Source: Camelus ferus
Taxonomy: Eukaryota
Reading direction: 5' to 3'
Assembly (NCBI RefSeq): GCF_009834535.1
Contig: NC_045696.1
Coordinates: 94,862,001-94,926,000 of the forward strand
Length of the DNA: 64,000 nucleotides
The position numbers were made by a program, and so were the translations under genes. Positions 1-13,064 of the stretch are shown piece by piece. The notes below the pieces were generated by a model, which saw nothing but the letters and a program-made list of their open reading frames with translations, did not search any database and was not told the DNA's origin. The stretch's first letter is position 1. Each line of letters opens with the position of its first letter.

Positions 1-294
1 AGGAATTACCTCCAGTTCACTGAGGTTCAGATGGGTAAATATCTGACTGAGTAACCCATCTTGGAAGTCATGTATTTGGGTCTCAGGTATAGGCTTCTCT
101 GATTTCCAAGTCCCAGCTCAATCCATCCCATGTAATCAGCAGAGCTATGTTGTCAGTGTAGAAATTTATTAAGAGAATGGCTTTAAAAATTACTAAAAAC
201 CTCATCTGCTTGATATTTAGACAATTTTTTCAACTACTAACTGATCTCAAAGTTTTCTTTCCCCATCCTGTTGTTCTGTTCTCAATTTAAGGGC

Positions 295-870
295 TCATTA
301 TCTCTTAACTGGATTGTTGTAATGCCATTTTAACTTGTCTCCCTGAGTCTAGTTTTGTCCACTCCAATACATTATCCATATTAATATTTTAAACACAAAG
401 ACCTGTTTATTAATCCCTATTGAAACCCTTCCATGGTTCCTCATCACCAATAAGATAAAGTCAGAAATCCTCATGACCATGTTTAAGTATTCCACAATCT
501 ACCCCCTGCCTACCTATTCAGCAATCAAGGTAATTTCTCATACTTTGTTCCAGGAATACGGAATTCCCCTAAATCTACCACACTTTCCCATACTTTCTAG
601 CTTATACATGTTTCCCCTTGACACTCATCTCCCCATCTTACCTGGAGAATGTTCAATTATCTTTTAAGACCCTTGTCAAAAGTTACCCTTTCAATGAAGT
701 CTTCCGTGTACTTTCTGAATGATTTTATGCCCAAATTTGTTATTTCTATTTGTAAGAACAGTACTGGACTGAAGTTATTTCTTTACATTGTCTCCTCCTT
801 ACAGACTTTGAATCCTTTAAAAGCAGTAACTGTGTCTAAATGTTCAATAATGATTCGTGAAAGAATAAAC
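295..870 (+). mobile_element. L2 LINE 3' fragment (old)
   Basis: L2-like 'aaacccttccatggttcctcatcacc...ataaagtcagaaatcctca' and L2 tail 'tgttcaataatgattcgtgaaagaataaa'. Confidence 0.65.
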
Positions 871-1922
871 CTATTAAAACCTTTAGAGTGAGTTCCCTGT
901 TTTCAAGCAAATATCTTTAAAAATAGCAACTTCAGGGATCTAGTTCAATACATTGATGCTTCAGATACATTTCTAATTGACTTCCTCTTGGAATCTTCTA
1001 AACTGGCCAGGGCAGGCCTTAAAAGTGTGATTTCTTCTCACAGTAGTAAAAGTTAAGGAGAGGGCTCAAGGAAAGAGAGAAGGAAAATGCAAGAATTAGG
1101 GAACAAGAAGATAAAGTTGCACCTAGAATAAGCTCAGGTGTCACAGAGTTGAAAGAGGTAGAAGCTGAATAAGAAATACACATATAGCTTCAGAGAGACT
1201 CAGAGATGGGTTTTGATTTCCTGAGTACAGAGTAAGTGAGGGAGGGTCATGGATTAAGAAGGGGGATGGGGGCAGTAGGCTGAGCTAAAGAAACTAGAGT
1301 GAAAATTACAGCCTGTCCGGGCTCACAGCTGTGTTCTTCCATTTCCCAGTCCAGTATTGGGATGCTGCACAAACCCCACTAATAATCAAAGGCATATCAC
1401 CCCCATCTCATTTGTCACTCCTGTCAGTAAATAGATTATTTGTTAAGGAAAAAGACAATGAGTTTGGGTAGCAGCAGACATCTGAAATTTACTGAACGAA
1501 CCCAAACAAAAATTTCGGGCAAATAATGGTATCTTTTTTCTTCACCACTTAGATCCCTTGGAACACAAGTTCCTTGTCTCTATTGACCCTCTGGCGAGTG
1601 ACATTGACAAGCAAAGGAATGTAAATAGCAAAATGGAAAGGAAAGAGATGCAAGCAGTGGACATAAGCACTAGATAAGCACTAGACAGGGAAATCAGATC
1701 CTTTATAATTGCATGTTGACTGTAAGCACAGTTAAACAATCATTAACTCATTTCTTCATTAAACAGAAAATTGGATTGCCCGTGGTTTCCTGAACGTCTG
1801 AGAAAACGGTGTGAGAACTAACACTTGATATCGTATGACAGTGTGATACCCACAGGTGCAATCAGACCATCCTCTGACCAGTGATGCCTCCTAATTTGTC
1901 TTCATGTCTACAGCCTCTAAGC

Positions 1923-2117
1923 CTGTGCTGTCCAATACAGTAGACACTACCATATGTGGCTATTTAAATGTAAATATACATTAAAATTATATTTTAAAAG
2001 TTCCATTTCTCAGTCACGCTAGCTGTATTTCAGCTGCTCAGCAGCCTCATATGGCTAATATACTGAGCAGTTCAGATATAGAACATACCCAATATTACAG
2101 AGATTTTTATGGGCAAG
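1923..2117 (+). mobile_element. MER3-like hAT-Charlie DNA transposon
   Basis: ctgtgctgtccaatacagtag...catatgtggctatttaaat...atatagaacat matches the MER3 pattern. Confidence 0.8.
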
Positions 2118-2236
2118 TTCAGCAAGCCTTCCAGTTTGCTCTAAACATCCTCACTAAGCTGAACCCACTCATGCATAATTTTATCATATTACTTCCTTGC
2201 TTGGAAACTTCTGACAGGTTTCTTACTGACGCCAGG

Positions 2237-2370
2237 ACAGTACTTCTCAAAATTTAATGTAGAGTCATATTATCTGGAGATCTTGTTAAAATGCAATCTC
2301 TGATTCAATAGGACTGAGGTGAACCCACAAATCTGCATTTCATCTCAGCTCCCAGGGGAGGCCGATAGCA
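2237..2370. mobile_element. MER5A-like hAT-Charlie element
   Basis: cagtacttctcaaa...tctggagatcttgttaaaatgca...tctgattca...tctgcattt...ctcccagg. Confidence 0.75.
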
Positions 2371-2603
2371 TTCCTTTAACCATATTTTGTCATCCTACAT
2401 TTCAAAGTTCTGTGTTCCCTCACCAGCCTGACCTGATGTCCATCAGCTTCCAGAAAGTACCCTCCTTTGCTCCAGCGGCTAAGTGTCTCAACAGTTCCTA
2501 CTGATGACATTATTCACTTGTGCCCCATTCCTGCATTCATCCGATTCTTTCATCTTCTGGGAGGTTCTCCCCAATGGCTTAAGCCTGTTCACTCACCTCT
2601 CTA

Positions 2604-2774
2604 CAAAGGCTTTCAAACTTCAGTGTGTGTAGGGAGCTTGAGAACTTGCACTACCCAGGAGAATCTGGTCATTAGGTTTGGGATGGGACCCAAAGCCCCC
2701 TTGATGATTAATTAATTGACTACAGGTGATTCTAAAATCAGTATTTCCCTAACCAAACTCTGAGAAATATTGCC
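2604..2774. mobile_element. MER5-type element (degraded)
   Basis: tttcaaacttcagtgtg...aggtttgggatgggacccaa...caggtgattcta...ctctgagaaatattg. Confidence 0.55.
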
Positions 2775-2909
2775 TTAGTATACTTCTTATCTCCACAACT
2801 GATTTTAATACTTAAAAAACTTACAGATAATCTTATACTGACATTCAATGCTTGTAGTGTTTTTTTATTTATTGCTAACCTAGGTATGAGCAATCTATTT
2901 ATGTCTAAA

Positions 2910-3513
2910 AATGGAATCCCTTGAGGGAGATTTTAAAACCTTCCCTCAGGGGCTTCATCCCCAGAGATTCTGATTTAATTGGTAAGAGAATAGGCATTGT
3001 TTTTGTTTGTTTGGTTTGGTTTCCAAAACTCGGTAATTAGTTTCTACAAATTTGGTGACTTGAGACAAGAGAAATTTATTCTCTCTGGCTTCTGGAGGTT
3101 AAAGTCTGAAATCAAGGTGCTGGCAGGGCCATGCTTCCTCAGAAGGTCGTAGGGAAGCCTCTGTTGCACACTTGTCTCCAGCTCCTTGTGGTTGCCAGCA
3201 ATCCTCGGCACTCCCTGGCTTACAGATGTGTGGCTCCAGTTTCTGCCTCCTTCACTGCATAGCCTCCCTTCCTCTGTCTGCATCTCCAAATCTCATTCTT
3301 CTTATAAGCACACCAGTCATGGGGTTTAGGATGCACCCATATCACATATAACCCCTTCTTAACTTGATTCCATCTCAGAGACTGTTTCACATAAGGTCAC
3401 ATTCACAGATATCTGGGGTTAGGATTTCAACATTTGTGTGTGTGGGGGGGACACAATTCAACCTACAAGTTCCCCAGGTGATTCTAATGTGCAGCCAGGT
3501 TTTAAGAACAATG
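2910..3513. mobile_element. MER5-type element interrupted by an MLT1 LTR
   Basis: ccccagagattctgatttaattggt (2959-2983) resumes after the LTR as tccccaggtgattctaatgtgcagccagg...agaacaatg (3471-3513). Confidence 0.65.
3035..3468 (-). mobile_element. MLT1C-like ERVL-MaLR solo LTR
   Basis: gaaatttattctctc...tctggagg...aaatcaaggtg.tggcagggccatgct...gtggttgccagcaatcct...aaggtcacattcacag...ggggacacaattcaacc. Confidence 0.85.
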
Positions 3514-3521
3514 GTCTGGAC

Positions 3522-3660
3522 TCATGGGTTCTGAAACTTGAGTGCACAGCAGAATCGCCATGGGGGATGGTGATATAAGGACTGCTGAATCCAAACCCCA
3601 AGATTTAATAGGTCTGGGCTGGGCCCAAGTATATGAATTTTTCTGACAAGTTTGAAAGCC
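3522..3660. mobile_element. MER5A-like element
   Basis: ggttctgaaacttgagtgcacagcagaatc...taggtctgggctgggcccaag...tttctgacaagtt. Confidence 0.7.
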
Positions 3661-3695
3661 ACTGGTGTAGGGGAGAAGGAAATAAAATGGATGTA

Positions 3696-3913
3696 CAATT
3701 GACCCTTGAATAACATGGGTCCACTTAATACGTGGGTTTGTTTCGGTAGTAAATATTACAGTACTACACCACCTGCGTTGCAGCTGGTTGAATCCGTGGA
3801 ATCGCAGATGCGAGGAATCTCCCACGTGAAGGGCTGAGTCTAAGTTATATGCAGATTTTTGACTGCGCGGAGGGCTGGCACTCTCAGCCCTTCCTTTATT
3901 CAAGTGTCAACTG
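3696..3913. mobile_element. Tigger2a-type (TcMar-Tigger) non-autonomous element
   Basis: TIRs CAATTGACCCTTGAA ... TTCAAGTGTCAACTG flanked by TA target duplications (3694-3695 and 3914-3915). Confidence 0.85.
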
Positions 3914-3939
3914 TACTTCTCTCCTACTCTTGGAGGAGC

Positions 3940-4070
3940 AGCAGAGGCATCACTTGGGAGCTTAGGAGAAAAGCACAATTTTGAACCCACTCCAGATTCT
4001 TGAATCAGAGACTGCATTTTAATAAGATTCCCAAGTAGTTTGAATGTTTGTTAATTTTTTAGAAGCATCG
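3940..4070. mobile_element. MER5-type element
   Basis: catcacttgggagctt...tgaatcagagactgcattttaataagattccc...agaagca. Confidence 0.65.
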
Positions 4071-5715
4071 TTGTGTACTATTCACAATAAAATTGCTCTT
4101 AAATGGCTGGTTGAGTTAATTAGTGAGAGAATGGATGGATAAAGAAATAAATGAAGCAGATTCCCCAACTGCCTATCTCCAAGGAGGCAGAAAGTGGTCC
4201 TTCTAAATCCACTGATCAAGAAGTTGTCTTAGTAATTATGAAGACAGTGGCTTGTCAGTGTTGTGGCTCCAAGGAGCCTGAGGGTTCTTCAGCAACTGAG
4301 AGTTCTCTGCTTATTTGGCCTTTTCCAGGCTTTAACCAAAAATTTCCATACTCCTCTCCCCCTGCCCCTTTAAATGACCTCATCTTAACATTGTATGGCT
4401 TCTCTATCAGCACTTCATCATTTCTGCCAAAGTCTGAAATAGGAGGCTGGCTGGAATAAGAGAAACACAGCACAGTGTAGATTTAGTGATGAACTGGCTT
4501 TGGGCCAGAAGGGTAGCAGGTAAGTTTCAGAGTTTCAGCTGAAAAAGAAAGAAAAGCTTTTAGAAAGCTTTGAGCCAAGTCAAAACATGCCATATATGAT
4601 TTTCTTTTGGCAGATATGCTGTAAAGTAAGAGTAGACCAAATTCCCCAGGTAATAGTAATTGATCTATAAATGTCATTATTGATAGATTGTGTTTCTGGA
4701 AACATTGTTCTAGAGCTAAAGTGCTCATGTGCGTCTCAGAAAGGAATTCAGAGTCAGGCTGTGAAAGTCCTTCTTCTCTCTCCAGTACTGATTTCCTTTT
4801 TTTCTCCTGGAGAGCTGTGCTTTTTTTGCTTTTGAATCAAGTCACATACCCAAGCAGTCACAAAAAGTCATCTTCTAGAAGGCCAAAATTTTCTTGTAAA
4901 AAGTTGTTTTTAAAAGGCCATTAGCTATCATTTCTTTAAGGTGCCATTTCACATCCACATTGAATCATTTGATAGGAAGATTGATGGAGTTCACATTAAG
5001 GCTTACTTTTTTTTTTTCCCCTGTCAATTTGAGGAAGAGTTCATATTTCATTTTAATAAAATGGGCTTTGTCTGGAGAGGCACAGTCTGATTTCAGGGAG
5101 CAATGCTGTGCATATGTTGCATCCTGCAACATGGCTTGAGGAACATTCCTTTAATATTTTGTTACCTCCTCTTCCTCTTCTGTAAAATAGGATGAACAGA
5201 ATCATCAATCTGTCTCCCAGATGTCTATTAGATTTAAATAGAACACATGTTTCATAACTAAGAAAAAAATTCCACTATGTCTTTAGCCATTTAATATCGG
5301 TACATCTCTGTAATCACCACTTAATTTAATTTAAATTTTATTTTCTTTTTGGTATGAGCTTATAAAAATCAGTTTCCACATTGTCAATGCTTGATTAAGG
5401 CAAATAGGATTTTTGATCTGAAATCTAAAGCTACACACATTGGTAGCTTTAGAATAAAAAACAAATTAACAACTCAAGATATCTCTTCATTTGTGCACAG
5501 TAAGAAATGTTCTTTACCCAAATCCAGGATGAAAAATTCTCCTTCTTCTCCCTTGCATATTTTCTGCTGGTAAGTTGCTGAATCACTGTGTGTGGCAGCC
5601 AAGTTCAACTCTATTGGGCATGCCTCTTTGAGAGTTGTCAGGGGCACCCAAGGTCCGTCTTCTATTTCTAGACAATAGTAATAGAAGAGCAGCCTGACAC
5701 CATACTCTAAACAGC

Positions 5716-5763
5716 CGTGTGTGTGTTTGTGTGTGTGTGTGAGAAAGAGAAAGAGAAAGAGAA
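5716..5763. repeat. (GT)n/(GA)-rich compound microsatellite
   Basis: Direct reading. Confidence 0.85.
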
Positions 5764-6344
5764 ATTATTTTCTTCCCCCTTATTAAAGCTGATAGAAACT
5801 CTATCTCTTCATGTTTATGCAAATCACAGATTGTACAATTTGAGCATAATGTAGAGATCTTAAGAAATCATGTAATGTGAACTCTAAATTGTAGTATGAT
5901 AAAGTGTAGATAGCCCTGGCCATGAGTCAAGAGAGTTGGGTCCTGTCTCACTGAGGTACGTATATTGTAAATCACTTTCCAGAACTAGTGTGAGAAAACA
6001 TTTGATAACTAAGAATCTTTTTCTCTCCCTTTGAAAATAAACCACAGGCTGTAGGTTGACTCTACTTTCTTTAGTTCTTATTGGGAATAGATGCTACATT
6101 CTGGTAATAATGTTTTATTGGTTTCCCGTTCTATTACCATCTTTCTTTTCCCCAAATTAGAAACAAGTCTCTTTAATCCATCCTTGAAAAAGCCTTCTGT
6201 AATCCCTTAATTATTATCCATTAGGGCTAGACATAATACACAGTAAAGGGCTGATGAGCACTCAATAAGACTGCAGATGATTTTACAGATCTAGAGTATT
6301 AGCTCTACTAGAGAAGGAACTGATTTAAGTGCTGGAAAAGGCCT

Positions 6345-6530
6345 CCCTGGATTTGACTGAACACTAATAATGTGACACTGAGCATGTTACGCAAACTCTC
6401 TGAGTATTAGTTTCTTTCTCCCTGATAGAAGAGTGGTAATAGTACCTACATGGTAGGATCCTTATGAGAATGAAATGATATACGTAAAGTTTTTTATCAT
6501 GGTGCTTTATATGTAGTAAATATTGGTGAA
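6345..6530 (+). mobile_element. MIR SINE
   Basis: tgtgacactgagcatgttac...ctctctgagt.ttagtttc...taatagtacctacat...tgagaatgaaatga. Confidence 0.7.
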
Positions 6531-7149
6531 TCTGAGCTGAAATACGGCCCTTAATGGTTTGTCCAATTGATTTACTTACATTGAAATACTGTCTAGTTGG
6601 ATGCTTCTTAAAATGCTTGTACCTACCTGGGATGCCTTTTCCCACCCAGTGGTGGGCCGGGAGCTGCCTGAAATTGTAGGTTCTGGGTTGCCTTCTGCTT
6701 TTGGGTAGAGAGCCTGTCTAGATCTTCTGTTGCTGTTGGGTGGAGGGCAAGGAGGCATTAGGCTTCTTGGCCTTCTACCAGTGAGTAGAGGGTGAGAAGG
6801 TGCTCGCCTGGATCTTCTGCTGCTGGGTAGAGGCTGGGAGCTGCCAGGTCTGGGAGCTCTCTGTTTTGGATGGTAGATCCAGAGATGCTGGCTCTGGGCT
6901 ACCTTCTGCCTCTGGGTGGAGGGCCTGGAGACACTGCCTGCTGGTACCATCAATGTGACTGAAAGGGCTTCTTGCTTTCCATAGCTCTTGAAAGAGCATA
7001 GAACATGGAGTGGGCACATATATTTTAATACCACTGATTGAGTAGCTTTTTCCTGGCTGAGAAATCCTAGATTTATTTTCTCAGTGCTATTCATGGCTTA
7101 ACCTTCTATTTGTTAAGATGGCATTCTATTTATTAAAGCAATTTCTGTT

Positions 7150-7285
7150 CAATGGGTATAAAGCTTCAGTAATGCTAGGTGAATAAGGTTTAGAAGTCCA
7201 CTGTACCACATAGTGCCTGCAGTTAACAGTACAGTATTGTGCACTTCAAAATTTGTTAAGAGGGTAGATCTCATGTCAAGCATTC

Positions 7286-7328
<43 letters not shown>

Positions 7329-7493
7329 CCAAAGGAACACAAGAAAACTTTGGGAGGTGTTCTAGGTGTCTGTTACCTTGATTGTGGCGATGGTATCACA
7401 GGTCTTTGCATATGTTCAAACTCATCAACTTGTACACATTAAATATGTGTAGTTCTTTATATATAAATTATACCTTAATAAACCTGTTTAAAA
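7150..7493 (+). mobile_element. L1MB/L1MA-type LINE-1 3' end containing (CA)20
   Basis: gggtataaagcttcagt...agggtagatctcatgt...ccttgattgtggcgatggt...aaactcatcaacttgtacacattaaatatgtg...ttaataaa. Confidence 0.85.
7288..7327. repeat. (CA)20 microsatellite
   Basis: Perfect repeat, read directly. Confidence 0.97.
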
Positions 7494-9699
7494 AGATGAT
7501 TTCTGTTGAGTCTAATTTACTCCATTCTGTATTGGTTCTACCAGTTAATTAGTGCCATTTTGATGCTGTTTTACATAGTCTTAATTGCTCATTACTAATA
7601 TTGGCATTATAAGAAATGAGAAAAAATTTAAAAGAGCACAACTATTGCTAGATAACAAATTGACAGACATTAAACTATTGCTAGATTAATATTAAAGACA
7701 AGAGCATTTGCTTTGGATTTCTTATTAGGATAGTAGATTTAAGTAACTGGATTTGTTATTATGCCAAAAAGTGGAAAATTTGTTCCAATAAAACAGCTCT
7801 GCAAACGTTAGCTTGTTCGCGCTTTAAATTAGTTAAATTATTAAAACCATTATTGGTTCCAGAAACTTAACTTGACCAAAGGCCAAATAATTTATTCAGT
7901 AAATATTAATTCAACAAATATTGACAGATTACTGGCCACTTGCTAGGTTCTAATCTGCTTTAAGAAAAATAGTCTTTTTTTATGGAATGAATTTTACAAT
8001 CTATTCTGTTTCTCTGAATCTCTCTGTCATTTGTTCCCTGGATGGAATAACCCACACATTTAGCCTTGATAGAGCCCATATAAACTATGACATCTCAGTG
8101 TCTTGTCCAGTAGAAAACTGGAGTCTAGAGCCACAGCATTGGCGCCAAAGTGGCAGGTATCCTGGAAATGGCCAAGAAGCCTCCCTGACAGCTGGAAGAG
8201 CTGTGGGTACTAAACACAGCCAAACCTCCCCTCTTGAGTTCTGTGAATTAGGGAAGCAGGAGGGTGTATCATAGCAATTACACCAGCATTGGTACACTGT
8301 TATGTCATTACTTACCCCTTGACATCTTGAACTTTACCTAAAGCAATTGCTTTTTAATCTGAATTCTTATTTTTAAAATTGATAAGATTTATTTTTCAGA
8401 GGCAGCACCCACACTTGTACTTAAGAGAAAGTTCTGAGGGTAGCTTTAAAATAACACACACTTCTTAACAGTGGGGGGACCTTGTTCAATTGAAATACGG
8501 TCACCTTTAGTGCATTTAAAAACAGCACAGATTTTTACGTCTAAATGATACAGGATACTCTATATTTGCTATATAATAGATTGTTATACAGTATTTATAT
8601 TTCAAAAAGTGGAATTGAATGGGGGGATCACTGATCAGTCAAGACACAGATCTTAGAGCTTTTACAAATCTCTCAGACTATCTGAGGCTGGATGATTCTG
8701 GAACCCTAACACAGTCTTTCATTTTGTTCTCTTTGGTCTCATAAGCTAAGGCTGGCATCTGTTTTGACAGGTGTGGCGCAATCAGATCTTCATGAACAGC
8801 GACACACTGAACTTCAGAGTAGGCAGCCCCACCCAGCACCTGGAGGTGACCCTTGTTGCTGGTGTCCTTTGCTTCCAAGCTGATTCTTTAGGGTCAGAGT
8901 TCCAAGGAAAAACTTAGCCCAATTAATTGCATTTATATTTCTCATTTCTCTCTTTCTCAGTGTCCTCAAACTCAACCAGTCCAGTTGTGTAAAGGTAGAT
9001 TCCAACCACAATAGGGAACCTGAGGCCCACACCCAACTAGGTCTACCCACAAAATCCTAAGGAATCTAAGTAAGCTGTTATCGAGTTTGGGCTTTAGTGC
9101 ATAATGAATGAATGGGCTAGGAACTGACAAACCTTGTGGTGTGATGTAGACTGTGGACATTGATCTTCTATTAGCATTCATCTACGTGGATTACTTCTCT
9201 TCTCTGCTCTGCTAAGATTCTTTAAGTAGGTCAGTCACTTCCCTATTGGGAGGTACTGCCAGGAAGTGGAAAGATTAAATCAGCTGCTCATAAGCCTTTG
9301 ATAGGCCAAAATCTAGAAAACTCAGAGACTTACAGGAACCAACCAGATAATTACTGCTGGTCTGGTACTGACTCTTGTGACTCCCAAAGCACATTGCATC
9401 GATTGAAAAAGAGTGGCTGCTCCTAGGGTTTCCAATTATCCTGGCTTTATAGACTGAGGGGGTTTTCAAGATGTGGATTCTCAGCATGAAAACTGGAGAA
9501 GTCCTGAGCAATGAGGATGCATTGGCCACCCTGGCTTCTACTCCACATGGCCAGTTGTTACTATAGTTGAACTTCCCTCTTTCCACCCTTCCTTTCTTCA
9601 TTATGTAAAATCTCCTGATGTTGGGAATTAATTCAAATCTAAAAGATAGTCTGTGGATAAAAACACCGACCACATTTGATTTCATGTCCATATGAATAA

Positions 9700-10860
9700 G
9701 CAATCTGTCATAGCTTCCTGCTTTTCTTCATCACCAGCTTTACTGTGTGTCTTTTCAATTTCATCATTAGGAAACTCTGAATGTCTGTCAATACACCACT
9801 CTCAGACTATAACCTCCTTTTTAAATCTCCTTTACAAAGGCACTTGAGCCTTTTCTTTTTCAGTACCATCCCCTCTGTCAGCATCATCCTTCATAGAGGA
9901 AACTGAAGCTACCATATGGAAAGAGCCTTAATTCCCCTCTATTGCACCTTGAAATTTAGGTGCCTGTCTCTCTACTACGTGGCTCAGAGGAGGGGGAGCC
10001 ATGGGGCCATCTTGATCAAGCATAACTCTGCCCCTTGTGTTTTTAATCTAATTCACTTCTAACTGTCTAGGACATGTCCAAATCATTTATCTCCATCCTC
10101 TCATTCTGTGTTAGTCCTAGGTTCTTGCTGCTTATCTTGAATCCATTTAAGTCTCTTCCATCTCAAAAAAAAAAAAAATCAGATATGTCTCTCTACATCC
10201 TCCAACCCCACCTTTCTCACTCCTTCACACACTAGGTTTTCAAATGCTCTTGTCCAGCATCTTCTCTTCCTATTCCCACTTAAACATTTTCCACTTGAGC
10301 ATTTTCCATAGTCTCTCTAATTAACAACCTTACTCAGCACACTTAACACACTCAATGCCAAGAGAATAATTTTATTTTCTAATGTACTTGCCCTAAGGAG
10401 TATTTGACTGTCACTCACACTTCCCCCCCATTGTTCTATACAGAGAATTGCCTGTGTGTGCAGATGTCTTCCTCATTTTTCTAGCCATTTCTCAGCCTCC
10501 TTCTTTGTATCCTCTATAATTTTTCCCAGTTTTATACTTACTTCTCATACTAACCAGTAGCTTTGTTGTTCTCACTCATAACCTCAGCATACCACCAGTG
10601 TATGATAACTCTCAAATCTATACCTGTGTCTCTGACCTCTCTTCTGAGTTCTTGATTCATAATATGCAGTACCCTGTGGAAAATCTGTACCTAAAAGTCC
10701 TAGAATCCTGCAAAGACAACATATATACAATTGATGTGTGATCTTTCCCAGACTTTTCATCGTATCCCTTGTAAGTGTCACCAGAATTGATTAATTTTTT
10801 TCCAGCCTTTACCTTGAGAATCCTCATAGAAATCTTCCTTTTCCCATTTCCCCACCCTTA
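9700..10860 (+). mobile_element. L2 internal fragments, continuing ~11330-11800 after an LTR insertion
   Basis: L2-like motifs: ccactctcagactataacctcc; tcatagaggaaactgaagct; ctctcaaatctatacct...tgacctctcttctgag; ctccaattcattctcca. Confidence 0.55.
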
Positions 10861-10870
10861 ACTAGTACTA

Positions 10871-11302
10871 TGTTAATGTGAATCCAGCCAGAAGCAGACA
10901 CCAAGACAGCATGAGATGTTCAAGAGATTACGGAGGGTACATGCTGGTGATGGATAAAGAGAAGGGAGCAGGAGTCAATGTGAAGAGCCTGCAAAGCACA
11001 TCGCTTCTCTGTGAGGAAAAGGGGGAGGAAGATTGGGTAGGAAGACAAGAAACTTTCAGTCAGGCCAAGGGGGAGTCCTCCAGCCAGTCTCTCGTTATAG
11101 GTGTCCTGTATCCTACAGGAGTCTTGCATCATATAGGAATGGCCTACACTGGTGCCCCAGCCATGCTCAGGGGGAGCAGCCCATGGGAAGCATGACCTTA
11201 CCATGAATGAAGTGGTGGAACTAACGAGATGGAAGCTGGGGCCACTGGTCAATTATATTCCACCTGCAGGAGGTCTAAGAGGTACATTTTCATGGCTGCC
11301 AC
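10871..11302 (-). mobile_element. LTR16-family (ERVL) solo LTR
   Basis: gaagcagacaccaagaca...gagcagcccatgggaagcatgacct...cagg aggtctaagaggtacattttcatggctgccac (reverse complement of the TGTGGCAGCCATG start). Confidence 0.75.
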
Positions 11303-12290
11303 TTTCTAAACCCGGTTCATTTAACTCCCTAAAGCTGTGTCACACTTCTTTCTGATCCACTCCTCTGAACATGGCCTCATCATCTTTTTTTTTTTTTTAA
11401 TGGGGGGAATGCTAACTGTTCTCCCTGCCACCACTCTTGTCTGCCTTCCTCTCCAATTCATTCTCCAAGCTGCTGACAGAAATGCTCCTTTTCACATGCA
11501 AATCCAGTTTGGTGACTCCCAGCAACCAGATTACAATATTTCAGTGGACACTCAGGGATAAAAGCCAAGCTTCGTTGCATGGAAACTAGGATGTACCAAA
11601 ATTCCACTGGGCCTGTCAAACTGCATCTCTCAACATTACCTACCTCTCCAGAAATGTACGATGGAGTCCACTCCAATGCATTTTCCTGAATTTCATGCCT
11701 CATGCCTTTGTACACACAGTTTCATCTCCCTAAAGTATCCACACTTTCACTGCCTCCCCCTGACCCCTGGCCTCATTATTAATTGCCACATGGCTCAGTG
11801 TATTCTCCTAAGCCAACAGTTTTTGTCTTGGCTGTACAGTGGCTGGAGAGCTTTAACAACAAAATGAAACAAAACTGATGTTTGTGTTCCATGCCTAAAC
11901 AGTCTTCTTTAGTTAGTCTGGCTTCTTTTCCTCAGCATAGCATTTTTGAGAGTTTTCCATGTATGTATTAGTAGGTTCCTTAAATAATTGCTAGGTTGGT
12001 GGTAACTAAAGAGACTTAAAAAAATAGTGAACATATATACTGCTGAGTTAGGGTGACTGCCAGAGTCCTTTTGCCACTGATGATACATCGAAAGCAATTT
12101 GAAAATTAAGCATTTATATGGAGCATTTGAAGTAAAAGGTTAGCAACTATTTAATGGAAAAAATTAGTTGTTTGAATTCAACTCTTTTTTTTAAAAAAAC
12201 CAATTATTTCTGTGAACTAATTTTTCAAAACAATTTGGAAGTTTTTGTGGAAAGATCATGTACACAAGACAATAAAAACTACTGATTCTA

Positions 12291-12527
12291 AGGGGGTGGA
12301 GGGTGTGAAGGGATAGACTGGGATTTCAAAATTGTAGAATAGATAAACAAGATTACACTGTATAGCACAGGGAAATATACACAAAATGTTATGATAACTC
12401 ACAGAGAAAAAAATGTGACAATGAGTGTGTATATGTCCATGAATGACTGAAAAATTGTGCTGAACACTGGAATTTGACACAACATTGTAAAATGATTATA
12501 AATCAATAAAAAATGTTAAAAAAAAAC
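12291..12527 (+). mobile_element. Young camelid-type L1 3' end (5'-truncated) with perfect 15-bp TSD
   Basis: The TSD aaactactgattcta occurs at 12276-12290 and 12528-12542. The body carries ctgtatagcacagggaaatatac, aataaa and an A-tail, and is near-identical to the reverse complement of 38066-38300. Confidence 0.92.
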
Positions 12528-13064
12528 AAACTACTGATTCTATTTGCTTCACAAAGGAAAGAAAACAACATGTATTCAAGAAATTTGGCTCTTAGGAGTG
12601 TCTAACTTCTTGTCCTGCATAAGAAAGATATGAGGCAGTAAACTTGGCCTTGCCTCCTGAGGGTCTGCTTTCAGCTAGAGTTGGACACTGGAACCAAGAG
12701 TAAGATGGCACACAAGGTGGATCCCCCGGCAGAAAGTAGGGCAGCCTGCCTCACTGAAGCATAGGTCACAAGGGCCGAAGCAGAGAGGCAGAACCAAGGT
12801 ATGATGGTATGGGAAGGGTGACCAGAGTAAGGGATCTCAGAGTAGAGGAGAGGGCCCCTGAGGTCACAGCTACAAGCCCTTCATACACAGCTGTGTCTTG
12901 ACTGTAAGTGGGTCATGAGTTGGGAAGAGCTTTAAACTGGTTCAGCTATTCCTGTGGGGAAAAAAAAACCAACTGAAGCAGTAACTAAATGCCATTTTCT
13001 GGAGTGGAACAAGAGGCCTACTCATATCTGGAATGATTTATAGTATATTGGAGAAATTTTTAAA

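Noticed and set aside
6576..7094. 172-aa minus-strand ORF
   Set aside because: Openness is explained by the degenerate GC-rich repeat; no recognisable homology or exon structure.
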